Part shown: piece after piece, positions 1 to 9,082 of the stretch | Numbering within the stretch: the stretch's first letter is position 1 | Layout: each line of letters begins with the position of its first letter | Origin: Spirochaetota bacterium | GTDB lineage: Bacteria; Spirochaetota; Spirochaetia; Treponematales; Rectinemataceae | NCBI GenBank assembly: GCA_029778945.1 | Contig: JAKPBN010000382.1 | Location: forward strand, 764 to 64,763 | DNA: 64,000 bases | Direction of reading: 5' to 3' | Position numbers and translations under genes: made by a program | The notes under the pieces: model-generated | The model's input: the letters and a program-made list of their open reading frames with translations, nothing else | Told to the model about the DNA's origin: nothing | The model's database searches: none

Positions 1-852
1 GTCGCCGCTGTCCGTCGCGGTGATCGTGCCCACGGTCGCCCCCGACCCGGTGGCGCTAAGGTTAGCTTCAACGGCCGCGGCATCCAGGGTTGCGCTGCTC
101 TCGCCAAAGGCCACCGTATAGTAGCCGGTCCCACCCTTCTGCACGGCCGTCAGGCTCGTCGTCCCGCCGCTCGCCGTGAAGGGGCCGGTGATCGTGACCG
201 ACGGCGCCGTATTGTCAACGCTAAACGTCGACCCCGAGTCCTTCAGCGCCGAGGTGTTGCCCGCCACGTCCTGTACCGCTCCGGCGGCCACCCTGATCCC
301 GATGGTCCCCTCGGCGCTCGTCCCGCTCGCAGGCACCGCGATGTACCAGGTCAAGCCGTCCCCGCTGTCCGTCGCGCTGATCGTCCCCGCGCTGGCTGTC
401 GTCACTTGGGCCGTGATTTTCGAGGCCACCCCCGATGCGGTCAGGGTGGCGGCGCTTTCGCTAAAGACCACCGTGTAGTAGCCCGTCCCGCCCTTCTTCA
501 CGGCCGCCAGGCTCGTCGTCCCCCCGCTCGTCGTGAAGGGGCCTGTCACCGCCACCGTCGGCGCCGTGTTGTCCACGTTGATGGCCGAAGCCGAGTCCTT
601 CAGCGCCGAGGTGTTGCCCGCCACATCTTGCACCGCTCCGGCGGCCACCCTGATCCCCACCGTCCCCTCGGCGCTGCTCGCGCCTATGGGCACAGCTATG
701 TACCAGGTCAGGCCGTCCCCGCTGTCCGTCGCGCTGATCGTCCCTGCGCTGGCCCCCGACACCTGGGCCGTGATTTTCGAGGCCACCCCCGATGCGGTCA
801 GGGTGGCGCTGCTCTCCCCGAACGCCACCGTGTAGTAGCCCGTCCCGCCCTT
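1..852 (-). other. In-frame continuation of the Ig-like repeat coding sequence downstream of the TAG at 853-855 (possible pseudogene tail, nonsense allele, or sequencing error; gene may extend beyond the window).
   Basis: Repeat units are 357 nt and keep the reading frame. The stop codon corresponds to an AAG (Lys) codon in the paralogous repeat copies (cttcttcac vs cttctacac). Confidence 0.45.
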
Positions 853-1242
853 CTACACGGCCGTCAGGCTCGTCGTACCGCCGCTCGTCGGGAAGGGGCC
901 GGTCATCGCCACCGTCGGCGCCGTGTTGTCCACGCTGAACGTCGACGCCGAGTCCTTCTGCGCCGAGGTGTTTCCGGCTACATCCTGCACCGCGCCTGCG
1001 GCCACCCGGATCCCCACCGTCCCCTCGGCGCTGCTCGCGCCTATGGGCACGGCGATGTTCCAGGTCAGCCCCGATCCGCTCGCGCTTATCGTCCCGACTG
1101 TCGCCGTAGGCGCTATCGCGCTGATCTTCGCGGCCACGCTTACCCCAGTCAGGGCCGCGCTGCTCTCGCCGAACACGACCTTGTAGTAGCCGGTATCGCC
1201 CTTCTTCAGCGCGGTCAGGCTCGTCGACCCACCGCTCGTCGT
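1..1242. repeat. Tandem direct repeats of ~351-357 bp (units approx 178-534, 535-891, 892-1242, plus a more divergent partial unit 1-177). Coding, one Ig-like domain per unit on the minus strand.
   Basis: Near-identical unit starts (minus-strand sense of gaaggggcc...gtcaccg...) recur at 178, 535, 892 and 1243. Unit lengths are multiples of 3. The plus-strand mirror ORFs at 176-478, 533-835 and 923-1186 are near-identical to each other. Confidence 0.85.
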
Positions 1243-2955
1243 GAAGGGGCCCGTGATCGTCACCGTCGGCGGCGTGCCATCAGCGACTGCCACCTTGGTC
1301 ACCGCTGTGGGCTGGATATTGCCGATCTCGTCCTGGGTCGTCACGGAGAAGGTATAGCTTCCGTCCACCAGGACTCCAGAAGTGAAGGTGGTGAGGGGAT
1401 AGGCGGCGGTGGCGCTGCCCGTGTGGGTCCCGCCATCGGTCCAGGAGATATTGGCCTGGGCGTAGTCCGGGTCGCCCGGGTTGGTCCAGCTCAGGGTGAC
1501 AGTGCCGCCGGAATTCGGCGTGGCAGATAGGCCGGTCACAGTCGCGGGAGGATTGCTGTCCGTGGTCTTTGTCCCCGAGGCTGTCGACGACTCATTCCCG
1601 GCAGTGTCCACGCTGCGCACGCTGAAGGTATAGGAGCCATCGGTGAGGACGGGAGTCGTGTAGGTCGAGGTCGGGCTTACGACAGTCGTCGAGCCAGGAT
1701 GGCTGGAGTCCGCCCAGGACCAGGACAGCTTGGCGGAATAGTAGTCGCTGTCGCCAGGATTGGACCAGTCCAACCTGACCTTGCCGCCGGCCAGGGCCGT
1801 CAGGCTCAGCCCAGAGACGGCCGCGGGCGGCATGGTGTCGTAATTGATCGTGGCGACTCCGGCGGCCCCGATGTCGGTGATGTTGCCGTTTCCATCGGTC
1901 GCCTGGATCTTTATCGTCCTCAAGCCCTGGCCCTCAGCGGTCGCGATGGGATAGGGGATGTTTTCCTCGGCGTAAGTGATCTTGTAGCCCTTATAGCCCC
2001 CGACGGCCCCGTCATCGTAATGCTCGGCGTCGGCCTCGTCGTAGTTGACCACCTGGGACCCGCCTATCCATTCGGTCACGGTGATTGAGGCCACATTGCC
2101 GTCGATGTTGTCCGCGGCGTCGACGGAGAGATAGGCGATATTCGAGCCGGTGGCCATGCTCGAGGAGGTTGAGGAGGTATCCGAGACGAGTCGACGGACA
2201 TAGACGCTGTTGACCGCCGGGGCGATCTCATCGATCCCGGTCCCTGTCTTGAAGACCTGGGCATCAAAGCGCTCCATCGGGACTTGGTACTTGTCCTTGA
2301 TCGACGTGGGAATGAGGGTAACCTTGTAGTTGTAGTTCTGCTTGAGTCTCTGTCCGGATTTGTAGACCAGATAGTAGCCGACGTTGCCCGCCAGGGGGAC
2401 GATCTTCTCGAAATAGGTGGAGGTGACATCGGTAAAGACCGTAGCCGTCCCGCTTTTCTCGAGCACCGACACATTGCCCAGGATGACCGTATCTGGATCC
2501 ATTTCCTGGCTAAAATCCAGGGTGATCTTCTTGTTGATCAGCACCCCCGTGTCTTTCGATGGGTCTACGGTGACGGTAGGCTTGTTGTAGTAATTGGCCT
2601 GGATCACGATAGGATCGGCGGCGCTCGTGGGGCCCGCCTTGACAGTAACCTTGGTCGAGGCCGAGGTCGTGGAGGTGAACAGGACAGTGCCACTGCCGGA
2701 TACCGTCCAATTCTTGAAGGCGTAGGCCGAGAACACCGTGGTGGACAGAGGGAATTCGACCCCGATCTTCTCGTCCACCTCTCCGCTGAGGGAGGGGGAG
2801 CCACCGGGATTGTTGGGATCCGGCTGGACAGTGATCTTGACCGGCTTGGCATTCGCCTCCCCGACCGCATCCTGGACTTTTTCCTTGAGGCTATCCCCGG
2901 TGATCAGGTTGGAGCAGGCCCCAAGCAGGAGGGTGGCCATGACGAGGGAAGCCAT
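853..2955 (-). CDS. Surface lipoprotein with N-terminal FN3-like domains and C-terminal tandem Ig-like repeats (lipobox LLGAC). The ORF ends at an in-frame TAG at 853-855 while homologous in-frame repeats continue to the window start.
   Basis: ATG at 2953-2955 gives MASLVMATLLLGAC (signal peptide plus lipobox). FN3 hallmarks are present (W...NPGD.DY...SW). Repeated TAPTVT(I/M)TGPF-T-SGG-TSLTA modules recur at ~119-aa period. The start overlaps the upstream gene stop (3047-3054). Confidence 0.7.
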   Translation of the reverse strand: MASLVMATLLLGACSNLITGDSLKEKVQDAVGEANAKPVKITVQPDPNNPGGSPSLSGEVDEKIGVEFPLSTTVFSAYAFKNWTVSGSGTVLFTSTTSASTKVTVKAGPTSAADPIVIQANYYNKPTVTVDPSKDTGVLINKKITLDFSQEMDPDTVILGNVSVLEKSGTATVFTDVTSTYFEKIVPLAGNVGYYLVYKSGQRLKQNYNYKVTLIPTSIKDKYQVPMERFDAQVFKTGTGIDEIAPAVNSVYVRRLVSDTSSTSSSMATGSNIAYLSVDAADNIDGNVASITVTEWIGGSQVVNYDEADAEHYDDGAVGGYKGYKITYAEENIPYPIATAEGQGLRTIKIQATDGNGNITDIGAAGVATINYDTMPPAAVSGLSLTALAGGKVRLDWSNPGDSDYYSAKLSWSWADSSHPGSTTVVSPTSTYTTPVLTDGSYTFSVRSVDTAGNESSTASGTKTTDSNPPATVTGLSATPNSGGTVTLSWTNPGDPDYAQANISWTDGGTHTGSATAAYPLTTFTSGVLVDGSYTFSVTTQDEIGNIQPTAVTKVAVADGTPPTVTITGPFTTSGGSTSLTALKKGDTGYYKVVFGESSAALTGVSVAAKISAIAPTATVGTISASGSGLTWNIAVPIGASSAEGTVGIRVAAGAVQDVAGNTSAQKDSASTFSVDNTAPTVAMTGPFPTSGGTTSLTAV

Positions 2956-3046
2956 CGACCGGCGCCGGGCGAAGTCCCGTTTCCTGGGAGTGGAAGGGGC
3001 ATTGCCCGCCATGTCGGATACCTGTCCTCTGTTCATGGGAAACCGC

Positions 3047-6000
3047 CTACTCATTGAGTTCTTCTGCCATGAAGGATTCGAATTCCGCCTTGTCCAAGGC
3101 GCGCAGGACTACATAGTCCCCGCCGGCAAGGCCCGCAAGGCCTGATTTCTCGAGCCTCAGCTGGCCATTGATCAGGACACGCACCGTGCCGGTCGAAGGC
3201 TGGACCTCGATCTGTATCTCGTTCCGGTCGTAGATCGACTCGGGGACAACCAGGTCCTCTATGGGAAAGAGCTGGGTGTCATAGTCCGAGCGGTAGAGCT
3301 GGAGATGGGTCGCGGCGCTGCCCAGGTGGGTCGGATCGCTCGTGAGCCAGACGAGCCAGGAGCGGCCCTCGCCATAGCCCTTGTGGGTCAGGGCGCCGGA
3401 GGCCGCGAAATGGAGGCCAAAGCCAACCCAGGCCCAGCCGGTGGACTTGGCGGTAAAGGTGTAGCGCGAGGGGCCCTTGGGGAGGCCTAGAGGGAGGATC
3501 ATCTTGGCAAAGTACTCGGTCGGCTCGAGGTGGACGGCCAGGACATCCCCGAGCTTCCAGGTGCCTACGACGGGCTTGAAGCCCCTGAAGCCCTCGGCGA
3601 GGGGGAAGGACCGGGCCAGGGCCACCGGAAGGCTGGCCGGGGCGAGGGCGGGGACTATCGGCGCCGCCTCGACTGGCCGGGCTTCCTCGGAAGCCTTGGC
3701 GACTTCGGCGACAGGCGCGAGCTGGACCGCTTCGGGAGCTGCGGGCTCCACGGCCGCGACAACTATTGGCTCCGGGACGGCGACGGGCTCTGCGATAGCG
3801 GCGGGGTCTGCGACGGCGACAGGCTCTGCCGCAGCGACGGGCTCCGCTACAGCGACGGGCTCTGCGACGGCGACAGGCTCAGTGACGGCGATGGGCTCTG
3901 TGACGGCGACAGGCTCAGTGACGGCGACAGGCTCTGCGACAGCGGCGGGGTCTGCGGCGGCGACAGGCTCAGTGACGGCGACAGGCTCTGCTGAAGCCAC
4001 AGGCTCCGCTGCGGCGACGGGCTCTTCTGCGGCCACGGGCTCCACGGCCCTTGCGACCTCAGCCAACCTGGCAGCCTCGGCTTCCTCAGCGGCTTTGGCG
4101 GCCATGGCGGCGGCTTGGGTTTCGGCGGCCTTCTGCTGCTCGGCGAGGCGCTTGGCATCGGCCGTCCTCTGGGCAGCCTCAAGGGCCGCGGCCTCGGCGG
4201 CGGCTATCTCCTCGGCGCTTGGTCCGGAATTGGCCTCGGCCGCCTGGAGGGCCGCAGCTAGGTCCTTGTCCTCCGGAACAGAGGCCAGGATGGCGGGAGG
4301 AAGGCTCGGGCCAGCCTCGGCAGGCTCGGGGCCGAGGGCGAGCGCAGTAGGCTCAGGCGGCGTTGCAGGCTCGGGCGCGGCCGCAAGCTCGGCGGGCAGG
4401 CTTGCCTCCGGCGCGGCTACAGGCTCAGCCACGGGCTCGGCCACCGGAGAGGCCGCGGGCTCGGCCACAGGCACAGGCACCGGAGAGGCCGCCGGGAGGG
4501 CTTCCTCCATCGGCTTGAGGGCTAGCCGTGCCTGGGCCCTTGGATCGGCCCAGATCGTCGTGTTCATGCGGTCGGCGAAGGACCAGGCCCGGCCCTCGCT
4601 TCCCAGCATGGAAGCCAGGTAGCCAAAGTTGGCGGCAAGCTCGGGGTTCCTCTGGGAGAGGAGCTCGTAGTCCGCATCGGACTCGCTAAAGCGCTCGAGC
4701 TCGTAGGCCGAACGCGCCCGCCCCAGGAGGGCGGTGTCCCTGGTAGGGGCAAGCTTGAAGACGTAGTCGAAGTAATTGCGGGAAAGCTCAAAATCCCGCC
4801 TCAGGAAGGCGACGTTGGCCAGGTTCGTCCAGGCATCCAGGTCCCCGGCCTTCGCGGCCAGGGAAAAGTGGGTCCAGGCCTCCTTGAGCATGCCGCTGCG
4901 GCCATAGACCATGCCCAGCTGGTTCTCGATCTCCGGGCTCTGGGGCTTGCGGGGATCCAGGGCGAGGGCCCGGATCTGGGGATCTATCTCCCGGACCACA
5001 TAGCGGTCCAGGGCCGAGTCAAAGGCCTGCATGAGCATGGCCTCCGGGGGCATGTCAAAGCGAGCGACCGAGCCGGGAATGCCCACGGAGGGGTAGAGCT
5101 TCCAGGCCTCCCTGATGGGGTAGAGCTTGGCGTCTCCCTTCTTTTCGTTGTCCGTCCACTCCTTGGCTCCGATCCGCCAGGCCTTGGCAAAGCCATCCTT
5201 GATCATGGTGATCTCTAGGGGAACCCAGACCTTGCCGTCCTGCTTGATCAGGAGGCTCTGGTCATAGAACTGCTCCTTGGCTTCCTCTTGGCTAAGCTCG
5301 AGGCGGAAGGCCATGTAGATATGCCCCGGGATGGTGATAAACGCGCATTCCACGCCCAGGGACTGGAGGAGGGAGCACATGAGGATAGACAGGTCATCGC
5401 AGTCCCCGCCCCGGAAGGTCAGGGTCTGGAAGGGGTACTGGAGGAAGTCCACCGAGCTCTCGGATGAGGTCTTGTCCACATACGAGGAGGCGGGATCCAC
5501 GACATAGTTGATGCCAAAGAGGCGCTCGGCCTCAAAGAGGCCCATGCCCAGCTGGAGGTTCCTGGAGACCCCGGGGCGGAGCCTGTCCGTCACGGTGGAC
5601 GCCACGGACTTGGCGAACCAGAGGGCCGCAGGATCGGTGGGGGAGACAAAGGCCGCCGCATGGCGGTCATCGGACCAGTTCATGGAGTTCCGATGGTAGA
5701 GCTCCAGCTCCAGGGGGAGGGAGACCGAGCGGTCGGCCCCAAAGAGGCGGTACTCGACCTTGACCGTGCCTTGGAGCTTGGCCGTGGAGGTTACGGAGAG
5801 GATGTCCTCCCCAAAGAGGGCAAGGAGGGAGACTTCCTTCTTGGCCCCGGCGGCCAAAGTGTCGAGGGTGGCGCAGACCTTGGGCTGGGACATGTACTGG
5901 GAGGAGACAAAGCTGACCTTGACGTCGTGGATGGCCTTTTCCTCGCCATTGGTCAGGACTATCGTCCCAAAGGGATTGGAGTCGTAGTAGGAATAGAAGA

Positions 6001-6646
6001 CCGGAAAGACGGGCTTGATCTCCTTGGCCTTGATGCTGAGCCGGGTCGCCGTGGGCTTGGCCATGGCCGGGATCAGGCGAAGGGCCAAGCCGGCCCTGAC
6101 CCTGGAGGCCAGGGAGACCTCTGAGGTATAGGAGCCCCGGAGATCCACGATAATCGAGGGGGAAAAGCGGAAGCCCAGGGCCAGGCCCGCGCTCCAGGTG
6201 GCTAGGCCCGCCTGGCCGAGGCTGGACGAGCCCGCGATGGCCCCGCCGCCGGAAAGCTCGAGGCCCAGACTCAGGTTTTCCGTGAGGCCCAGGCCAAGGG
6301 CCAGGCCGAGCTTGGCGTCAAAGATGCTCAGGGGATAGCGGATCGTGGAGCCGCCTGAGGACAGGAGGGCCATGGAGCCGTAGTCGAGGCTTAGGAAGGG
6401 CCTGAGCCAAGGGAGGACGGTGTAGCCCACGGAGAGGGATAGGTCGTAGCCCGTGGACAGCAGGCTCGCGGAGTCCCCAAAGGGGATCGAGGCGGCCCCG
6501 GAGATGCCGAGGGAGAGGCCCTCCCCCTTCGCCGCCGGGGAAAGAGAAGCCCCCTCGGGGGCCGCGGAGGCGCCGAGGGGGATAAGGAAGATTAGGCTGG
6601 CGAGGGCCAGGAGGCCCGGCCTGGACCTCATGGCTCGAGGTCCCAC
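3047..6646 (-). CDS. Secreted 1199-aa protein: signal peptide, Gly/Ser/Leu-rich beta-barrel-like N-domain, transglutaminase-like Cys-His core (GGDCDDLSILMCSLL...PGHIYMAF), TPR repeats, long Ala/Pro/Glu/Val low-complexity EPVAV repeat tract, conserved C-terminal domain.
   Basis: ORF translation. N-terminal MGPRAMRSRPGLLALASLIFLIPLGASA signal peptide. TGase-like motif and TPR-like helices read directly. It overlaps the upstream paralog stop (6628-6646), consistent with an operon. Confidence 0.8.
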   Translation of the reverse strand: MGPRAMRSRPGLLALASLIFLIPLGASAAPEGASLSPAAKGEGLSLGISGAASIPFGDSASLLSTGYDLSLSVGYTVLPWLRPFLSLDYGSMALLSSGGSTIRYPLSIFDAKLGLALGLGLTENLSLGLELSGGGAIAGSSSLGQAGLATWSAGLALGFRFSPSIIVDLRGSYTSEVSLASRVRAGLALRLIPAMAKPTATRLSIKAKEIKPVFPVFYSYYDSNPFGTIVLTNGEEKAIHDVKVSFVSSQYMSQPKVCATLDTLAAGAKKEVSLLALFGEDILSVTSTAKLQGTVKVEYRLFGADRSVSLPLELELYHRNSMNWSDDRHAAAFVSPTDPAALWFAKSVASTVTDRLRPGVSRNLQLGMGLFEAERLFGINYVVDPASSYVDKTSSESSVDFLQYPFQTLTFRGGDCDDLSILMCSLLQSLGVECAFITIPGHIYMAFRLELSQEEAKEQFYDQSLLIKQDGKVWVPLEITMIKDGFAKAWRIGAKEWTDNEKKGDAKLYPIREAWKLYPSVGIPGSVARFDMPPEAMLMQAFDSALDRYVVREIDPQIRALALDPRKPQSPEIENQLGMVYGRSGMLKEAWTHFSLAAKAGDLDAWTNLANVAFLRRDFELSRNYFDYVFKLAPTRDTALLGRARSAYELERFSESDADYELLSQRNPELAANFGYLASMLGSEGRAWSFADRMNTTIWADPRAQARLALKPMEEALPAASPVPVPVAEPAASPVAEPVAEPVAAPEASLPAELAAAPEPATPPEPTALALGPEPAEAGPSLPPAILASVPEDKDLAAALQAAEANSGPSAEEIAAAEAAALEAAQRTADAKRLAEQQKAAETQAAAMAAKAAEEAEAARLAEVARAVEPVAAEEPVAAAEPVASAEPVAVTEPVAAADPAAVAEPVAVTEPVAVTEPIAVTEPVAVAEPVAVAEPVAAAEPVAVADPAAIAEPVAVPEPIVVAAVEPAAPEAVQLAPVAEVAKASEEARPVEAAPIVPALAPASLPVALARSFPLAEGFRGFKPVVGTWKLGDVLAVHLEPTEYFAKMILPLGLPKGPSRYTFTAKSTGWAWVGFGLHFAASGALTHKGYGEGRSWLVWLTSDPTHLGSAATHLQLYRSDYDTQLFPIEDLVVPESIYDRNEIQIEVQPSTGTVRVLINGQLRLEKSGLAGLAGGDYVVLRALDKAEFESFMAEELNE

Positions 6647-8682
6647 TCGGTGGCGCCGCCGCGGTCGGCCGCGGCGGAGGAAGCCCTGGAGGTGGAGGCG
6701 TCGACCTTTGAGGAGAGGTAGGCATAGCGGGCCGCCAGGCCCGGGTCGGCGCTCACGACCCGGCTATAGAGGCTATCGGCCTCGGCATAGGCGTCAATCT
6801 CGTACTTGGCCTTGGCCAGGCCTATCGTGGCGATCATGTTCTCCGGGTTGAGCTTGAGGGCGGCCTCAAAGAAGGTGATCGCCACCTCGTAGTCCTTCTG
6901 CAGGTAGGCCACGTTGGCCACATTGGTCAGGGCCGGGGCAAAGTCGAGCTGGGAGGCCTTCAGGAAGGCCTCCCGGGCCTTCTGGAGGAGGCCATAGCGG
7001 GCGTAGAGCACCCCGAGGCTGTTGTACTGCCTGCCCGTCCCCGCCTGGCCCATGTCGGCCAGGAGCTTCTCGGCCCTTGGCTCGAGCTCCTTGGCCACGA
7101 AGCGGCCCATGAGATTCTCGAAGGCCAGGCTAAGCGCGGCTTCCGTGGGCTTGTAGGGCTTGAACTCGAGGCCGGCCAGGCCCACGTCCTTGTGCGTCTG
7201 CCAGGCCTGGGCCAGGTCGATAAAGGTCGGAGCCCCCTGGGCCACGGCCTTCTGCCATGAGGTCGAGCCCGAGGCCCAGGCGCTCAGGAAACCCTCCCGG
7301 AGCTTGGACATCTGGAGGGGCAGCCAGACGGCGCCGTTCCGGTAGATCAGCTCATTGGGCTTGAGGAACTCGGCCCGGGCCTGGGCCTCGCCGATGGCCA
7401 GCTTGAAGGCCACCACCACATCGTCATCCAGGAGGACGAGGGCGGCCGGCACGTCGATGGAGACCAGGGTTGTCGCGAAGAGGACGCCCAGCTCGTCCGA
7501 GTCCCCGCCCTTGTAGGCCAGGGTCTGGTAGGGGTACTGGAGGTAGTCGATCTTGCTCGGATCCCGGTGGAAGCTGGCGTAGGGGGTGGAGGGATCGGGG
7601 GCGTATTTCAGGCCCAGGAGGCGCAGGGACTCAAAGAGGCCCATGCCGAACTGCAGGTTCTTGTCCAGGTCGGGCCTAAGCTTTTCCCGAATAAGGCCTA
7701 CGGCGAACTTGGAGAGGTCGAGGACCGAGGGGTCGCTCGGGGAGATAAAGGCCGCGACCAGGCTGGGGTCAGCCCAGGTCAGGGCGTTTCGGTGGAGGAT
7801 TGTCACGGGCTCGGCCCGGGTAAGCGACTGGGCGGCCCCGAGCAGCTCATAGCCTATCTTCAGGCTGCCCTGGACCTTGGTGGTCTCCGTGATGCCCAGG
7901 ATATTGTTGCCCAGGATGGCGTAGAGAGGCACCTCCGCGGACGCCCCCTTGGCCATATAGGGTATTGTCGCGCAGACGATCGACTCGGAGCTGTAATCGC
8001 CGACAAAGAAGCTCACCTTGACGTTCCTGATCTCGGCCTGCTCGGTGTTGGTTATGGTCACGCTGCCAATAGAGCGGGTGGAATAAGTCTCGTACTCGAC
8101 GGGAAAGAAGGAGTCCTTGGGCGCTCCCAGGACCTTGACCCCGGCTCCGCGCTTTCCCAGGTTGATATCCGCAAGGATGCCTAGGCCAAGAGAAGAAACC
8201 CAGGGTTCATAATACTGGAGATAATTGATATATGATGCATTTACAAGAAGGCTAAAGGATGGGGAAAGGCGATAGCCCGCGCCAAGGCTCCCCTTCCAGT
8301 AATAATCCGTGCGGCTCGAGCCGTCAAAGCTGCCCAGATAGAGGCCCCCCGAGACGGCGGCGGACAGCTTGATCCTGGGCACGGGGTAGGCATAGACCCC
8401 GAGGCCACCGCCACCGTTGAAGAACATGAGGCTTTTGCTGCTGTTGAGTATGGGCGTTACCCCGATGCCGCCTTCGACAAAGGGCGTCAGGAAATTGAAA
8501 AGGCCAAGATTTGCGGAGAATTCCGCGCCAAAGCCCGTGCTGTAGCTCGACGCGTCCCCGGGCACCAGGGCATCAACGGCCGAATGAAGGGTAAAGTCTA
8601 GAGCCCAGCCCCCGGCGCTTCCGAGCAGGAGAACCAGCGTCAGCAGGACGGCTCCAGGCCTGGAGCTTGTGCGCACCCTCAT
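6628..8682 (-). CDS. Paralog of the 3047-6646 protein: signal peptide, beta-barrel-like N-domain, transglutaminase-like fold with catalytic positions substituted (GGDSDELGVL; DDVVVAF), TPR repeats.
   Basis: ATG at 8680-8682 (MRVRTSSRPGAVLLTLVLLLGSAGG signal peptide). Domain order is shared with the downstream paralog. In the aligned motif Cys becomes Ser, His becomes Asp, and Glu becomes Gln. Confidence 0.75.
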   Translation of the reverse strand: MRVRTSSRPGAVLLTLVLLLGSAGGWALDFTLHSAVDALVPGDASSYSTGFGAEFSANLGLFNFLTPFVEGGIGVTPILNSSKSLMFFNGGGGLGVYAYPVPRIKLSAAVSGGLYLGSFDGSSRTDYYWKGSLGAGYRLSPSFSLLVNASYINYLQYYEPWVSSLGLGILADINLGKRGAGVKVLGAPKDSFFPVEYETYSTRSIGSVTITNTEQAEIRNVKVSFFVGDYSSESIVCATIPYMAKGASAEVPLYAILGNNILGITETTKVQGSLKIGYELLGAAQSLTRAEPVTILHRNALTWADPSLVAAFISPSDPSVLDLSKFAVGLIREKLRPDLDKNLQFGMGLFESLRLLGLKYAPDPSTPYASFHRDPSKIDYLQYPYQTLAYKGGDSDELGVLFATTLVSIDVPAALVLLDDDVVVAFKLAIGEAQARAEFLKPNELIYRNGAVWLPLQMSKLREGFLSAWASGSTSWQKAVAQGAPTFIDLAQAWQTHKDVGLAGLEFKPYKPTEAALSLAFENLMGRFVAKELEPRAEKLLADMGQAGTGRQYNSLGVLYARYGLLQKAREAFLKASQLDFAPALTNVANVAYLQKDYEVAITFFEAALKLNPENMIATIGLAKAKYEIDAYAEADSLYSRVVSADPGLAARYAYLSSKVDASTSRASSAAADRGGATEWDLEP

Positions 8683-8825
8683 GGCTATTCCTTCGTTCGG
8701 GAGGACCCACCGAGACCCTCGTGGATCCCGAAAAAACACTTCTCCCTCACTGACCCATACAATGCCATAAAGCACACATAGAATCGTCTTGTTTTCGGAA
8801 TTATTATGAATAAAAAGACGATGCT

Positions 8826-8853
8826 AAAAAGGCGCCCCCCGCAGGGAGCGCCT
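8826..8853 (-). terminator. Rho-independent terminator after the rplQ/small-ORF transcription unit.
   Basis: Minus-strand hairpin AGGCGC(U)CCC-loop-GGGGGCGCCU followed by UUUUU (plus strand aaaaaggcgccccccgcagggagcgcct). Confidence 0.6.
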
Positions 8854-8902
8854 CTCATGCCTGGGGTCGGCGCAGTCCGCGCTTCCCCCAATCAGGGCTG
8901 TG

Positions 8903-9073
8903 TTACTTCTTGTTCGCTATTGTGGCTTTGCACGTCTTGCAGATCTTGGCCTTCTTGCCGTCGATCTCCTGCTCGTAGACGACCTTAACGCCCTCGCGCT
9001 TGCATACCGGGCAGGTGCCCCGGCCATGGCTGGCAGTGGCGATCAAGCCCTTTCCTCGGTGAGCCTTGGACAT
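8903..9073 (-). CDS. Small 56-aa zinc-ribbon protein (MSKAHRGKGLIATASHGRGTCPVCKREGVKVVYEQEIDGKKAKICKTCKATIANKK), co-transcribed immediately downstream of rplQ. Below the 60-aa cutoff of the ORF track.
   Basis: A perfect SD AGGAGGA lies 5 nt upstream of ATG (9071-9073), 9 nt after the rplQ stop. It has CPVC...CKTC four-Cys spacing and is followed by the terminator at 8826-8853. Confidence 0.6.
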   Translation of the reverse strand: MSKAHRGKGLIATASHGRGTCPVCKREGVKVVYEQEIDGKKAKICKTCKATIANKK

Positions 9074-9082
9074 TCTATCCTC

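Noticed and set aside
176-1186. Plus-strand ORFs 176-478, 533-835 and 923-1186 with near-identical translations
   Set aside because: They are the antisense mirror of the minus-strand Ig-like tandem repeats. Periodicity and the lipoprotein context support the minus strand as coding.
1-1242. Possibility that the tandem repeats are a CRISPR array or a mobile-element terminal repeat
   Set aside because: Units are ~357 bp with no short repeat-spacer structure. They encode in-frame protein modules.
406-1530. 374-aa plus-strand Arg/Gly/His-rich ORF
   Set aside because: Low-complexity translation of the high-GC repeat region in the wrong frame. No start context or homology.
3477-4622. 381-aa plus-strand Ala/Ser/Thr/Gly-rich ORF
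   Set aside because: Antisense to the EPVAV repeat tract of the 3047-6646 gene. Repeat-driven artefact.
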